Source: Phallusia mammillata (taxonomy: Eukaryota). From it: a stretch of 64,000 bases of DNA. A program made the translations under genes and the position numbers. The DNA lies in NCBI GenBank assembly GCA_965637545.1, contig OZ281497.1, positions 5,208,001 through 5,272,000 on the forward strand, written 5' to 3'. The notes below the pieces were generated by a model. The model was not told the DNA's origin. It did not search any database and was given only the letters and a program-made list of their open reading frames with translations. This document shows, piece after piece, positions 45,801 to 59,500 of this stretch; the first letter of the stretch is position 1, and the number at the start of each line of letters is the position of its first letter.

Positions 45801-48800
45801 CAGGCTGTAAATAACAGAAATCTCGGCAACAACGTAGAAATAGGGTGTGACAATCTCGAGATAAGGCCATGCACTCCAGGCCAGCATAAAGCTAAAACCA
45901 AACGATTTTTCCCAGCGCTGAAGCGAACAATACAAGGGTGTCAACGGCCGCTTACGAAACGAAAAGATTATCTTGATCAGGGGACAATAACATGGTGAGA
46001 GGACCCCCCAGGAAGAGAGCGACACATTAATCCTTTGCGTTCCCGCCTTTTTACCCACCAAATCTGCGGTCGAATACTGTTACTTAATGTTTGGCTTGTT
46101 GGTCCACGAAATAAACAACAAGTAACAATAAGAGGATATATATATGAAGCCGTTGTGTTGCTGGAACAGATTCTTCGACATGATGTGCAATTTCCCATGT
46201 CGTTTTTTAGCTTTTTTGTATTTAAATCTATATTTGGAAACTAAGATACCCTAATCATTGTAAAGTTGCAAATTACTTCCGCACCAGGAAATTGTATATG
46301 TTAACATTGGAATTTTTTATTTGCAAGTTACTTTCACTAGAGATCACTACAAAGTTGATTTTCTTGAATGCCACGTTTTTGCTCGTGTCCTAACGTCAAG
46401 AGAAGAAACAATAAAACCACATGGTTTTGCCAAAAAACAAAAACAATGACCATCGCGCACCTGCCTTTTAATATGAATGATAAAAATCGCCCAACACAGG
46501 TAAAAGAATACAGTTCGTTTCCCAGTTTCGAAATATGTCCGTCTGCGGGGCCTCGCACAATTAAAAGCCGTCCGTCTGACCGCTGGAATTAAGCAAACGT
46601 GGTGAGTCAGTCGTCACACAAACTGGTGAGGAAAAGGAATCAGTCATTTGTACATTTTCGCTGCGTTCCGTCGGGTAAAGATCACATTTGGGTGTTTTAA
46701 GCTCGAAGTATGTTTTGTTAGTCTAAACCTGTTTACCGGTGTCACATAAAGTAGCTTCGTACCGTAAAGAAAGTTCAAGTATAAAAATGGAACATATGAC
46801 ACCTATACCCAAACTGTTCTAAAATGTAATTAGTCTGTTAAAATTAAAAATGGGCACATTAAAAACAAAGTTACATTGATACCTTAAAGTGACCATTTAG
46901 CAGCTTTCACATAATTTTAAATCGAAAATAAGACCTTTTCAGCCACCTATTATGTGTAGCAATATTAAATTAAAATCGTGCCACTGTGAACATCAGTTGA
47001 AAACAGCAGAACATTCCCTCAAGAGAACAAGCGAATAGAATCATTCTGTCTTCCCAAATATTGGAACAAAGCAATGAAGGCAAACAAACGGTTTTGTCAC
47101 TGGCGTTTCAGTTTCATCTTTCGATGTGTTTATCACGCTAACAATGAACAAAGCCTTACAATTTCGGTGGTATGTAGAAGTTAAACGCATCCTTTTTCAC
47201 CTTTTCACCAGTAAATCGCTTCACAATGACAAGATATTTTTCGCTCGATAGGATTCTGACTAAGATGGAAAGATTCAACGCTGTGGAGCGATAAAATCAT
47301 GAACGATTTGGGAACCCCATTTTGCCCATGTTTACTTTCCGACCAACAACGACTAGTGCCCGCCTGATAAAAACTCTAGATTACCCTCAGTGGTTTTCAA
47401 ACGTCCGGGGCCTTTCGGGGGCCAATCGCATTTAGCATCTGCGAATGAACTCTGAACTTGTGCGTTTGAAGGAAGCAACTTTAAGAAACAAAGTCATGAT
47501 GCCTGGCACCGATAACATATGACCTTGAACCGAGGTTGCAAATTTTAAGTGTTGCCAGTTTGAACGAACGTGACCCTGTCGTTGGTATGGAGCCCCTTGT
47601 CCGCGACCTCGGCTATCCAGAAGCAAAACACGCCCAATATCAGTTTCGCCATTTTTAAAGCTTCCATCAAAAACACAGTCAATCTATATTGCCTTACGAG
47701 TGCACAGAGTTATACCCCGACGGTGCTAGGGTTCAATGATTGCGATAACCCAATGGTCCAGCGCTCGAATGCGTGCCTATCAACAACCTGCATTATCGGG
47801 GCCCGATCATCTAGCATTATTTGTTCGAAAGCTGAAGATGGACTGTTTCAGTTTGGCCCAAGCAAGGGCTCGCATTCACAAGTCGCAACAAAGTGTTTGC
47901 AAGCACGTAACCTAATTCAGCCAAATGACACGAGGAAATCAAGAAGCGCAGGCAAATCCCTGATCAAATAACGACAAGACCTACTGCGTCGTTTTGTAGC
48001 TGGGCCCACACTGTGAATCTGTGAGTTAAGTGTTACAGTGTATAATATTGGCAAATTGGTGTGAATTTTTTCTATTTAAAAAAATGCTACTTTCCAAAAT
48101 GGAAAACCTAAGTTAAAATACATCAAAACTTATAACATTCTATCTAGAAGTTGGCATTAAACGGTTGAGCCCAAAAACTTTTAACCGAATGTGATTACAA
48201 CGCTTTTTACAATACGAGCATTATTTTTCGGTCATCACACAATCAGTCACAACAACCTTGGAATTTAGGGCGAAAATCGTTTAAGAATCAGCAAATTGGA
48301 CCCAATCAACATATTTGAACGCAGTGTTACAACATAGAAATATATTGCAAATCTGATTCAATTAGCCTAGATAAGACAAAATTTTGCGACACTATCAGAG
48401 TGAATCGTTTTGCTTTCGATAGTGGCGCAGCGGTAACAGATACATGTGTAAATTGACGTGTCGGTGGAGAGGGAACGCGCAGTCCAAACAGACAAGCACT
48501 CGTCAGTGCATAAGAGGACGCCAAATGAAAACATGCACTTTCGATGCAGACTCAGCCGGCGCTGGTCGTGTACACAAAACCAGGCAATCACTTGTCGCTA
48601 TGAAAATACTAGGGACTCGACTGTCCAGCCCTGTTTGGCCGATGAAATCAAGCCCAGTTTGGAGATGGAGACTGAAGGTGTTTGTGACTGGTTTGTGATT
48701 TAAATCTGACAGTGGTTTGTGGTAGGTTTTAAAGGATTAATAAGTTAAGGCTCTGTATGTTTTTGTTAATCGTACTAAGCACAATATTCACATAAAAAGT

Positions 48801-51399
48801 GCACATTAAAAAACGTTTTCACAATTAAATTGACACTACAGATCGATCGAAATTTGATTATAAAAAATATTAAACAACATTCATAACAAAGAAAAATACC
48901 GAAACCAATATATCACAACGTTTGAAACTTTTACTTTGTACAACCAATTCACGTAAAGCAATAATTTTGAAAAAAGCCATGAACCCTGAGTCCACAAACA
49001 AACGCCCCAGGTCACTTACAACTGGACCAAATTTTCGCTGCGTTGCTTTCAAGGTCAACGAAAGTGGGTACAAGGGCAACACTACAGTAGCAAGCCGGAG
49101 GTTACTTCAGGGAGCCATTAGCCATCAGGGTGGCCACCGGAGATCCGGATAAGACAAATGCAAGCAAGCGAAAAATCATCCAATTTCGCACGCGCGTGTA
49201 AACTTTTCCCGTGTTTGCCTGTTGCCAAAACCGCCACGCACGAATTGAGCGCACACGCGACTAAATCCTTCATTTTCGAGATCCCACAAACTTTTCTGAC
49301 AAGGGTATGCATTAGCAGGTGCTGCTGGTCAGCAATGAGGTTTAGGGTTGGGTTACTAGGTGTTGAGTTGTGATCAAAGCGAATGATTTCGCGATAAGCC
49401 TTTGTTGGGTGGTAACTTAATGCTGTACAAGGGGGCGTTTTCAACGTAAACTCCTATGTTTAGAACCAACAGGGCCTCAAATGTCGTTTCTTCCGCCACT
49501 GTGGTGTATCTGATGTGCACAAAACAATTAAGAAATATTGAGTGATCAGTAGTGACATTAGTAAAACAATTTGTTTAAGAATATACAACGAACTCCTAAG
49601 ACATATGTATACATACTAATTTAAGTCGTTTAAGTAAGCATATGGTCTTCAACAAGTTTTTTATTGTCCAAACGTTAGTTAGTTGCATGTTTTTATTTAG
49701 TTAAAGTTTAGTTCATCCAAAGCTGTATGTACCAAGAGCGCCACGTAGCGAAACAAACCCTCAGAGTCGTGACCCACTAAATCACTTTTCGCATTATAAA
49801 ACACACGTTAAAGCAGAAAAAACGTTAATTTTACTCTTACGTTTAGACAACTAAGGGTGCTGTCGTAGTTGTTTGGTTATCTGACACCTGTTCGAAAATG
49901 TGTGGCAACTTTTAGAGGAGGATAAGTTTGGCACGAATGTAGATCACAGTGCAGGCGTAACTGATCACGACCAAGAAAGGGCGCTGAATGACATCAAGTA
50001 TTAACGGTAATTTGACCTAGTATGGATAAACTATATTTGTGGAGATTGACTGCGGAAAAAAAGGATTGAGAAACATGATGTTTATCTATCGTGATGGGAA
50101 GAGTCAAAAATGGTTTTGGATTTACGTGGAAATAGTTTTTAGGTTTGGAGAAAGATAATAAAATTGGTATCTGCGAGTTGGACACAGTAATAGGTGATAA
50201 TTTAATAGAAACACAATAATCGGAAATCATAAAAACCTGTTCTTCGCACATCTGGTAATGCTTTCAACAGGTAGCCAACAAATACGCATTCAGCAACACG
50301 ACATGACGCAAACAAACTGTTTCTTTCATGATCTATAAACTAACAAAGAGAAAACACACCTATGTGCTGGTAATTTTTTAAGGTTCTGAAAAAAAAACCA
50401 AAAATGTTGAACGGTTTAAGTACTATTTTTTTCGCATAGGTAATGGCACATTTGCTTACAAGTTATCAAGTGCAAATAAAGTGTCGATTCATTTCCCTTT
50501 CTTAAGTAATATTTACACCATAAGAGCCCACAAGGGTCAAGGTTCTGCATACACAATGAGAAACCACACACAAGCATGGTAACTTTTCATGGCACACTGT
50601 CGATTGCATAGCCTCATATTTCAACGGACAAACTGTTGCGGTGTTAGTCGTGCGAGGCGAATCCGGATCCCTTGCATTTTAAGCGTCAACAACATCACGA
50701 CATTATTCAAAAACGGGAACCCCAGGTTGAAACCGCAACGTGGGTTTATTTGTTCACCGGTGGAATGGCAAAGAGCGCCTAGGATGTGAAATATGTGATT
50801 GATATTTGTGGGTGCGTACAAATCGCTCGAGACAGTGTCTTTTAACGGCACTCGAGCGCACTGTATGCCGCGAAGCGATCAAATATTTAACGAGGGTTGG
50901 AAAAGCGGCATCATGCGATTGTAACGCCGCTTTATCGATGTATGCGTCAGACACCGGTGACCCCGTGACCTGTTACACTTCATTAAACGTCAGAAGGAAA
51001 GCAAGATTCGCTTGCCAGGTGCAAAGCATGTGGTATTTAATTGTGATAACGGATCGAGGGATTCGTTTGAGAAATTGTCATCCATTTTGCGGCCACCTGA
51101 AAGCAACCGCAGGGGTGACGACGCTTAGATGGACACCCCTTTTTTGTACCCCAATCCGGGTGCAAGTGGGGGGCGAGGGGCTTATTAACGACCCAGTCTA
51201 GTACGTATTGACTTGCTGCTTTCATGCCTGGTCAAAGCTAAGTGTTTTGTGGGAACCATCTGAAACTAACCGCATCGGTGTACATCCGCTACTTTAAGCA
51301 TAAGGATTAGAAACCAACTATAGTGGGTGGTTTCTTAGGCGTCGAAACACTATGTACGTTTTTACGAGCTTACGTGTTACACGGGTTTTAATCTTAAAC

Positions 51400-52344
51400 C
51401 AGGGGTGGGCAACATACGGCCCGCGGGCCGGATCCGGCCCGCGACGGGATTTTGAGCGGCCCGCGGACAGTTTCCGGTCTTACATGATAATGTGGCCCGC
51501 GGCCACAGTCTGCCGCAATCCCCCATTACTTGCTTACTACGTCAAATTACAGTTGTAACGCACAGTAACGCTCCCCAATAGCAAAAAAATTTCCCGCCGT
51601 TGTTACCATTGCACCATACGTCCATTGTTACGACATAACTACCAACCTTGTGTGTGTCCTACTTTAACGGTTTTCTTTGTTTCCACACGTATAGCCTAGT
51701 TCAGGCAGGGGTGGGGAACCTGCGGCCTAAAGGCCACATGCGGTCTTTCAGGGCACTAAGTGCGGCCTTCGATGGCAAAATACATTTTTAAGACGTTGAT
51801 ATAACCGACTGCACCAGGCGCTGAAAAAAATAGACAGAAACGTATTTTTGACTTCATTGCAGATTATTTTTTGATTAGTTCCAGGGCAGCGGTTTTCAAA
51901 CAAGACCCATGTGGTCCCATAGTGGTACATAAAGCGATTTCCATAGTTAGGACTACCAAAAACTCCAGGTTCAGCAATTTCTAGGTTAAATAAATCCTGA
52001 ATGTTGTAGTGAAGATGAAAATGTAGTGAGGAATTTTAATTAGCTGGGACCGTAAGTCCTACAAACTACGAGGAAATAGCAAAACGACCATTGTGTAAGT
52101 CAAAAAGTTTGCACATCACTGCCCTTGGCCTGGGAAATAGTCTATGCGGCCTACACGAGTGTCGATAAATCGTTAGGTAGCTTTTATAAACGAAAAGGTT
52201 CCCCACCCCTGGTTTAGGTGGTCAAAAATCCGTTTTAAATCACTGGATAAATACGCGATTAATGTATCGATTCAGGAATCCGGCCCGCCAAGTACTTCAT
52301 TTTCCCATATCAGGCCCGCCGACTGGAGAAGTTGCCCGCCCCTG
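51400..52344. mobile_element. hAT (Buster/Charlie-like) MITE A, interrupted by nested MITE B
   Basis: TIRs CAGGGGTGGGCAAC / GTTGCCCGCCCCTG; perfect 8-bp TSD TCTTAAAC on both sides; subterminal GGCCCGC repeats. Confidence 0.93.
51706..52211. mobile_element. hAT MITE B (506 bp) nested inside MITE A
   Basis: Perfect 16-bp TIRs CAGGGGTGGGGAACCT / AGGTTCCCCACCCCTG; GCGGCC subterminal motifs; imperfect target duplication GTTCAGG / GTTTAGG. Confidence 0.88.
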
Positions 52345-52974
52345 TCTTAAACAATACCCAAACCACAACCTGCTGAACGGTATTGCTAAGAAGTAATTTT
52401 TGCGAAAAAAATAAGTTGTCCAGAAATCCAGGATTGTGACCTGTGTTGTCACTATGCACAATAAACTAATAAGAAACAAAAACGTTATCAAAAACACGTG
52501 ACCATGTTTACTATTACTTATGACGCGTAATTTGTCTTGTCAAATTCGTGCAACAAAAGTAATTTGCTCATTTTTTTAGAAAACAACAGAAGAACAGAAA
52601 TATAAAGACTGCCAAAAACATTAAATATTGTGTGTGTGTTTCAAATTCCCTATGTAACAAAGCCGGAAATGTGTCGACTGATTTTAAGTTGTTCTTGTTC
52701 GCTTTATTTTAAGATTTAAGTGGTAAGGTTGTTAATACCGTGTAGCTGCAATACGACACCCAGCGAATAACAGTTTAGTTTTTGTATTCATTGGAGGTCG
52801 GCAATTTGTCCCTAAACGCACAAGAACACACTTTATTAGCAAATTGCTGAAAACCAATTACCAATTTTATATCGACCTTACTATATTTCTACTTGTTAAA
52901 CATTTTTAAATCACTTTTTTTAAATGTATCCAAGACACTAACAACTTTTCATAGTCATTTGGAAAACAATAATG

Positions 52975-53842
52975 GTGCCGACCTTTTTCACCTGATAAAA
53001 ATTAGTTACGACAACCTTACACATATCTATGCACTGCAAAGTAGTAGTAAGATACAGTACACAGCATCATTAGCAAATAGCAGCATTATAAAGTACCAGC
53101 AAGACAGACGATTTTGTCAACAAAAAACATTAGCATACCTTAACATACCTTTCATTGAATTGTAGCCGATTCTCCTGTACAAAGGTGTAGCCTACTGACC
53201 GTCATCTTCTTGAGTTCCATTGGGGCAAAATCTAACAATCAACTTACTGTTAGTGTTACTTCTACACCACTTCTACCTACTTCTGTAACTTTTTCAGCAG
53301 CCATGACTTTTTGCAACCGACAAGACCCAGTATTTCTAATGTGTGTTACATCACAATGCAAACGGTTTTGCGCGGTTTTCTTAACAAATAATTTTTTGGT
53401 TAAAGTAGGGAGAACTTTTTCAAATATTTGACTTTTGACATCCCAAAGCAAAGCGAAATCAGTTAATATCAAACCTACCTTTAGGATATCAGTCATTACG
53501 GCTGAAATGTAACCTATTCTTTTTCCATGTCAAACTCTTTCCAATTTAGTTTTCATTCATTCGTTAATACAAGCAGCAAACTTTTTACATTAGGACTTAC
53601 ATCAACTGAAGACTAGCAAAACAAAACTGTTCTTCATGGTCAGAAGGCGCAAGTCGCACCAATGAAACAGCTGAAACTTGCGTGTGCCAAAGGGGACATC
53701 GACACGTTGTTCTTGCTTGTGCCAGAGGAGCATTGGTACTTTGGTAACTTTGCGTGTGCCAATAGGATCATTGATACGAAAAGATGGTTTCACGATTGAT
53801 GAATTTGTTTTCCTTGGGTCTCAGTACGTTTCAATCATATAT
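52975..53842 (-). other. Possible small spliced transcript (short gene or lncRNA); no recognisable product
   Basis: Cluster of minus-strand splice signals: donors GTAAGT (53600, 53247), GTAGGT (53478), GTATGT/GTATGC (53148, 53138); acceptors at 53843, 53502, 53175, 53034, 52992. These give plausible 99- and 73-nt introns, but no long joined ORF was found. Confidence 0.3.
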
Positions 53843-56401
53843 CTGTGCTAAGTATGCCTCATGGAAAAGTGCACATTTGGTTTGTCTAACCCCGTCACCA
53901 CATGGCATACTATTCTAAAAGCATGCACTTTTTCATTCAATGTTGTATTCATTTTTAGAAAGCGCTTTTCGTATTTAACTGTATGGTTGTAGCAGAACTC
54001 ATTTTCTGTGCCACAAGTGGCGAAATTTAATTTTACCTAGTTATAGCCTACCTGAATAGATCTCGATAAGTTTCATACAAAAGAATATGCTTTATCCTCC
54101 AGCAGAAGTCCTTTGTCTCAAAGCACTCATGTACAAGTGTGTTGTATTTATAAAAAATCAAATAGTTTGCAGAAACCGAAAAACACAATGCTCATTTGAT
54201 TGTAGGAATATGTACAAACGAATACGCGATTGTATGTGCAGCCAAACAAAAACACAAATGTAATGCAAATTTACGCATACAAATATAAACAATTTTATGA
54301 TAACCATGTCAAGTACCTTTTACAATGCTACATTCGTTTTTGCAATATGAATAATTCGTGAATTATTATTAGTAGGCAACATCATTAAGTTTGCAATCGG
54401 ATTATCAAAAACAGATGTAGGAAAAATAAAATTTGCAATATTAACGAAGGATTGATTGCAAATGACAGCAAGAGTCAAAAAAAGCATTTAAATCAATATG
54501 ACAAATCATTCATTTTGTCTTCAGTGTTTAGTTATAAATGCGTAAGGCCAAAAGATACAAAGAGAAATCCCAAAAAAGATAGTGACATCATCGCTATTGA
54601 CATAGTATAACTGACGTCCCATGTTTTGTTTTTTTATCTATTACATACGCACGTAAAGACCTGCGTTGTATTAAAAAATAGTTAAGACCAAAATACTTCA
54701 ATGTAAAAAAATGGGTTGTAGTTTAAAGCATGGCACTCTGAACAGACTCAAAAACTGATTTGGCAAGACAACACAATGGGTGCAATTTAAGGAAACCTGC
54801 AATATACATCATTATCACAAGATAGAGTACAAAAATAGAAGATATACAGCCATCTGCTTGGCATGGTCGTGTCGCAATGCTTACAGGCAAAGTTTGTCTT
54901 GGGAAAAATAATTTTCAATCTTTATCAATAACAAATGTGTAAACGTTAAAAAAGTGTAATTTTAAGGTTTAATTAGAAAATGATATTATATTGTGGCAAA
55001 CTATGTTAGTTTATATTTATGATTTAAAATGTTTTTTTCCCATGTGACTAGAACTAAATTGCTTCATTCTTACAATGGTATGTAACAAAATAGATTTGAT
55101 AATTTTTGTGTCTGTATGTTTACGTGGTAGCACCTTATCAATAAATCAGTAAAAAGGGTGCACCAAACTAGTTTAAAATACAAAAAAATACAACTTAAAT
55201 TGTTCACAATCCAAGAACAAAAGGACACATATAAGGGGAAAAGTTACAGTATTGAGCACTCATGCCAAAATCTGGTGATAGTTAAACCATGGTATTCAGT
55301 TTAAGGCCCTATACAAGCAATACTTTTGCAACTTTTGAATTTTTTTTAGCAAAACCCCTTACTTGAAAAAAGTTCTACCAAAAATTTAAAACCGAGATGC
55401 TTCAGCCATTATGGCCTTGTTTTCATGCAAGGTCCATTGGCATAACAAGCAATGTAACAACATACCAATGATGTCATTGATAAACATATCTGGTGTTTTG
55501 ACATGCGTTGCTTTGGTCTGGAAATTTGACAGTATTATGTTATACTGCAGGGTGATATGTACAGGCAGTAGTGGTATGCAGAAACTATATGAATACATGA
55601 AACAAAAAAACAAAAACAGATTTATATGAATTTGGAAAAGCAGTGCAATTGTACCACAACTGGTAAAAAAATGTTACTAGTAAAAAATGAAAACCGTACC
55701 CACTAAATGCAAATGCATATGAAATGTTTTAACAATAAAAAGATAGGAAAGGCACCTTTCTTTGCACCATAACTTCAACAAAAATATGCTTAAAGTTTGC
55801 TTGATCAAGTGGTGAACATAAAAGTGAACATTCAGTAACTGTTGGCACGTTATCAACAAGGATGCTGTTAAATGTAATCTTTCGTTCATTCCTTGAAAAT
55901 GTCCTTCACATTTCCATTTTTCACACCATTACAGAAGCAACTGGAGAAGTGGAATTGGAACTTTTTTCATCCTGTTTTGGAGAAAACAAAATTGATCATA
56001 GGTTTTGATGTAAGTCTTTCCTTAATGATAAAATCTCCTTGCAAATAAAGCATAGGGCTTAGATGTTTCAGAGTCATTAATTCATGACTGCAGGAAATTT
56101 AAAAAACAATAAAAATATGGACACTAATTTAGTGTTTTCACTACAAAATTTCCTGCAGGGTTAAACAGTAATTTTATACATTTAATGCAGATAGATAAAA
56201 AATGATGATGAGTTTTTTATGGGCGATTGTCTCAGAAATTGTGAATTCTGCACAGTTTTCAAACTAAAGTGTCATTTGTAATTCTAAACCACCCCAGTAT
56301 GCCATTCAACAGTGATTGAAAAATGCATATCTAGGGCACCATAAATCAAGACACACTGGTCTAATGCCATGCATGCAGCACTTAGTACGTTTGTAAATAT
56401 A

Positions 56402-56516
56402 TCATGTACATACAGGAAGGGCAACCACTTGATCGTCATGGTGACTAGTCTTCTTATCTGAACTTCTGTGGCTCTTGTGATTGCTAGACCTCGATTCCGA
56501 ACCAGAGTGCCGTGAC
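56402..56516 (-). CDS. MARVEL terminal coding exon
   Basis: Acceptor TTCTTATTTAG|G; SRHSGSESRSSNHKSHRSSDKKTSHHDDQVVALPVCT*; TGA at 56404-56402. A possible alternative donor CCT|GTATGT (56413) spliced to the CCTGCAG acceptor (56088) would end ...VALPS*. Confidence 0.78.
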
Positions 56517-59500
56517 CTAAATAAGAACACAACATTTTTTAAAGTGGTAAATATGTTACATGAAAGGTATTCAGTGAATGTGAAATGCATAAAACAACTT
56601 TCGTAGTGTATATCTAATATAAAAGTCTAAGGCAGGGGTACCCAACCCGTCCATCACGATCGACTGGTCGATCTCGGACTGATTTTAAGTCGATCGCGAG
56701 GGATGCAGACAATAATATAAAATATATAGTTGTTTTGTAACACGTTTTGAAGAGTGTCCCTTTACATGAATGACCTTGATTTATATTTATCAACATATTC
56801 TGATAAATAATTCTCATAATAAGTCTTATTATGAGAATTATTCATCAAAACATGTTGATATGTTCACACTACAAATGCTCAGAAGGCTCATTGTTACGTC
56901 ACAAAAGAATAGTTGCAGTGGTAGTTGTTACTTTGTACTGGTAGTTGTTCTCTTTATTTTTAAAATAAGTGGTTTGGTCCAAACTTTTTTCTCAATATTG
57001 TATTTTAAAGATTAGTATCGGATCAAGTTCACAAATAGCGCTTATTGCACTGTAAAAATCTATTCCAAACCACATAAAATGTAAACCTTGACAGGGAAAA
57101 ATGCGAATTATCCTTTGCTAATAATCAACACATGGTCTTGTATTATATTGCTAATTTGTATTGGAACGGTAGATCCCAAGAGTTTGAATACCTCAAGAGT
57201 CGAACTTGAGGCAAAAAAGGTTGAGCACCCCTGGTCTAAGGAGTAGTTGTTACCAACCAGGCTTTAAACCAGTGGTTCCCAACCTTTTTTGTTACATTCC
57301 TCCCTTCGCCCATTTTCGAACTATTCATTCCTCCCCATAAGACGAAAAACCAACACAGATTGACATAAAAAAATATAGCAATTTGAAATAGACCTTATAA
57401 TTAGGGATGTCTGTTTCAGAATCCTTTACAACCGGTTCCAAATGTGAACCGGGTCCAAATTATAATGGACATAATAATGTAAAAACAAAAATATTCTGTA
57501 TTTTCCAATGTAAATTTTTTTACAGTTTTTATGAAATTCCTCCCCTGAACTCGTTAAATTCCTCCCTAGGGGGGAATTCCTCCCCGGTTGGGAACCACTG
57601 CCTTAAACCTTTATCATTACAAAATATAAACAGTCATATGTGGAAAAACTGTCCCAAGGAATTGGATGTTTTATTGCAAAAATGTGAATATAGTATGACT
57701 AAGTATTGCTCATCCAGCAATTTTATTGTAAACAATCGACGTTTCGATGAAGGCGTCTTGTATAGGACGTCGAAACGTCGATTGTTTACAATAAAACTGC
57801 TGGATGAGCAATACTTAGTCATACATTATGCCTGGCAGCAATAGCTTATTTCATGTGAATATAGTGTTGTTGCCAGGCACCTTTCATAAACTATCCTTTT
57901 TTAAATAGCACATATAATATAATCGGATGATTATGTCAGATGATTTTTTTATTATATATATTTGACGGACAAACAAAAAGGATGGTTTAATGCACAAATA
58001 TGTTTGTAACTAGCTGAATTAAGAATACATGTAAGCTTCAGCATTACACTCTACCAGTGACGTTTGACAAACCACACCAACCAAACCAAGCAAAAATTGC
58101 CAAAAACAGAACAGTTTTGTGACAAACAAGTCAATGCAATCAGCTGTAAAACCAACTGACTGTAGACACTGACAACCAACTGGCCATTTTTTGTGCTGAG
58201 ATAAAACAGACATATTCAATCCTAAATCGAGCTATAAAGGGTTTGACATCATGGTGTCACAATTTACTATTTATTGGACCTGACACTTGATCTACCATGG
58301 CACTTAATTTCCTCTGACACAGTTGGTTGAACACAGGTATGTGGTGATGACCTCCTATTTATTGACAGACTGCTACATGTGGTGTAATACTGTTACTCCT
58401 AAGTCCCATTTCTCCTATTTCAATGCAGTGGCAAAACAAAACAGACTTAACAATATAAAGAAAGCTTGCCTTCAGCATTATTGGGATATGATTGTCAAGA
58501 CATCCTTTTGTGGCAAAGTTTCATTTAAACTTTTGATACAAAGACAGTTATCTGGTCATTTGAAACTGCTGTATATCATTCCTATTACTGACAGTTTTAT
58601 AATAATGGGTTCAATATGTGAATATTATCAAACTGTTGTGCTAAATGATTTGCTTATGGTTATCTGCCTAAACCTTGGCCAGCCCAGTGTGTATATAGAA
58701 TACATCAAACAGACATTTTAACAATCGCTGACTGTCATCATCAGTAGGGATGGGTTTAAACATTTTCAATTCTACACTAGTTTTGTAGCTTTCCAAGGTC
58801 ATTATGTCACCAGTGGGGTATTAAGCTGTACAGGCCACAGAAGTATGCGTTTTCAACCATCTAACGCATTTTTGTTCTTAAATACTCTTTCAAACACTGG
58901 TTTCATGTGTAAGCAGGGAATGGACATGCAAATTTAATGCTCGGGTCAGTTTGTGCAACTACTCAGCTAAGCACCAAGCATCAAAAACAGCAATGCTCGG
59001 TACCGAGTACTCGGGTTCTGGCTCGGCTCAGCCCATCCAGTGCAGTCAAGAGATGTCAGGTAAATCTTACCTTCTCCCACTGCGTGATTCCCGGGAGGAG
59101 CCGTGATATTCGCTGTCATAATCATCTTTGTGTCTTCTGGTTCCTGAAGATGATCGTGATCGTCTGTCTGTGTGATGAGATTTATGAGAGCGATGTGATT
59201 TACCATCGCTGTACACAGAGCTGAAACAAACACGTATTTAATTAGAACAATTAAATGTTATAAAACATGGCTGAATCTTAAACTACATGCATAGAAACAA
59301 TGGGTTTGGTGGCAGTAGGAGCTTAGAACCAGACTTTCTAAACCTTTTTAGGTAACACAAGTTCGGAAATTTTTATTTCCACCTTAAAAAGCATTAGCTT
59401 CTATATTTATGACATAAATACTTCGATAAAAAGCCTGTTAAGTGTTTAAGTGTAAAATAGCAACACAAAAAGGGTTTATAAGTTCTTTTTTAGGTCATTG

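Noticed and set aside
47388-47420. Orphan hAT-like TIR CAGTGGTTTTCAAAC
   Set aside because: No partner TIR or TSD found.
57407-57844. 145-aa ORF and mirror 62-aa ORF
   Set aside because: By-products of the MITE and palindrome; the translation itself is mirrored.
58967-59233. ORF-track protein MFVSALCTAMVNH...
   Set aside because: Wrong frame; the splice phases select the Ser/Arg/His-rich frame for exon 59071-59220.
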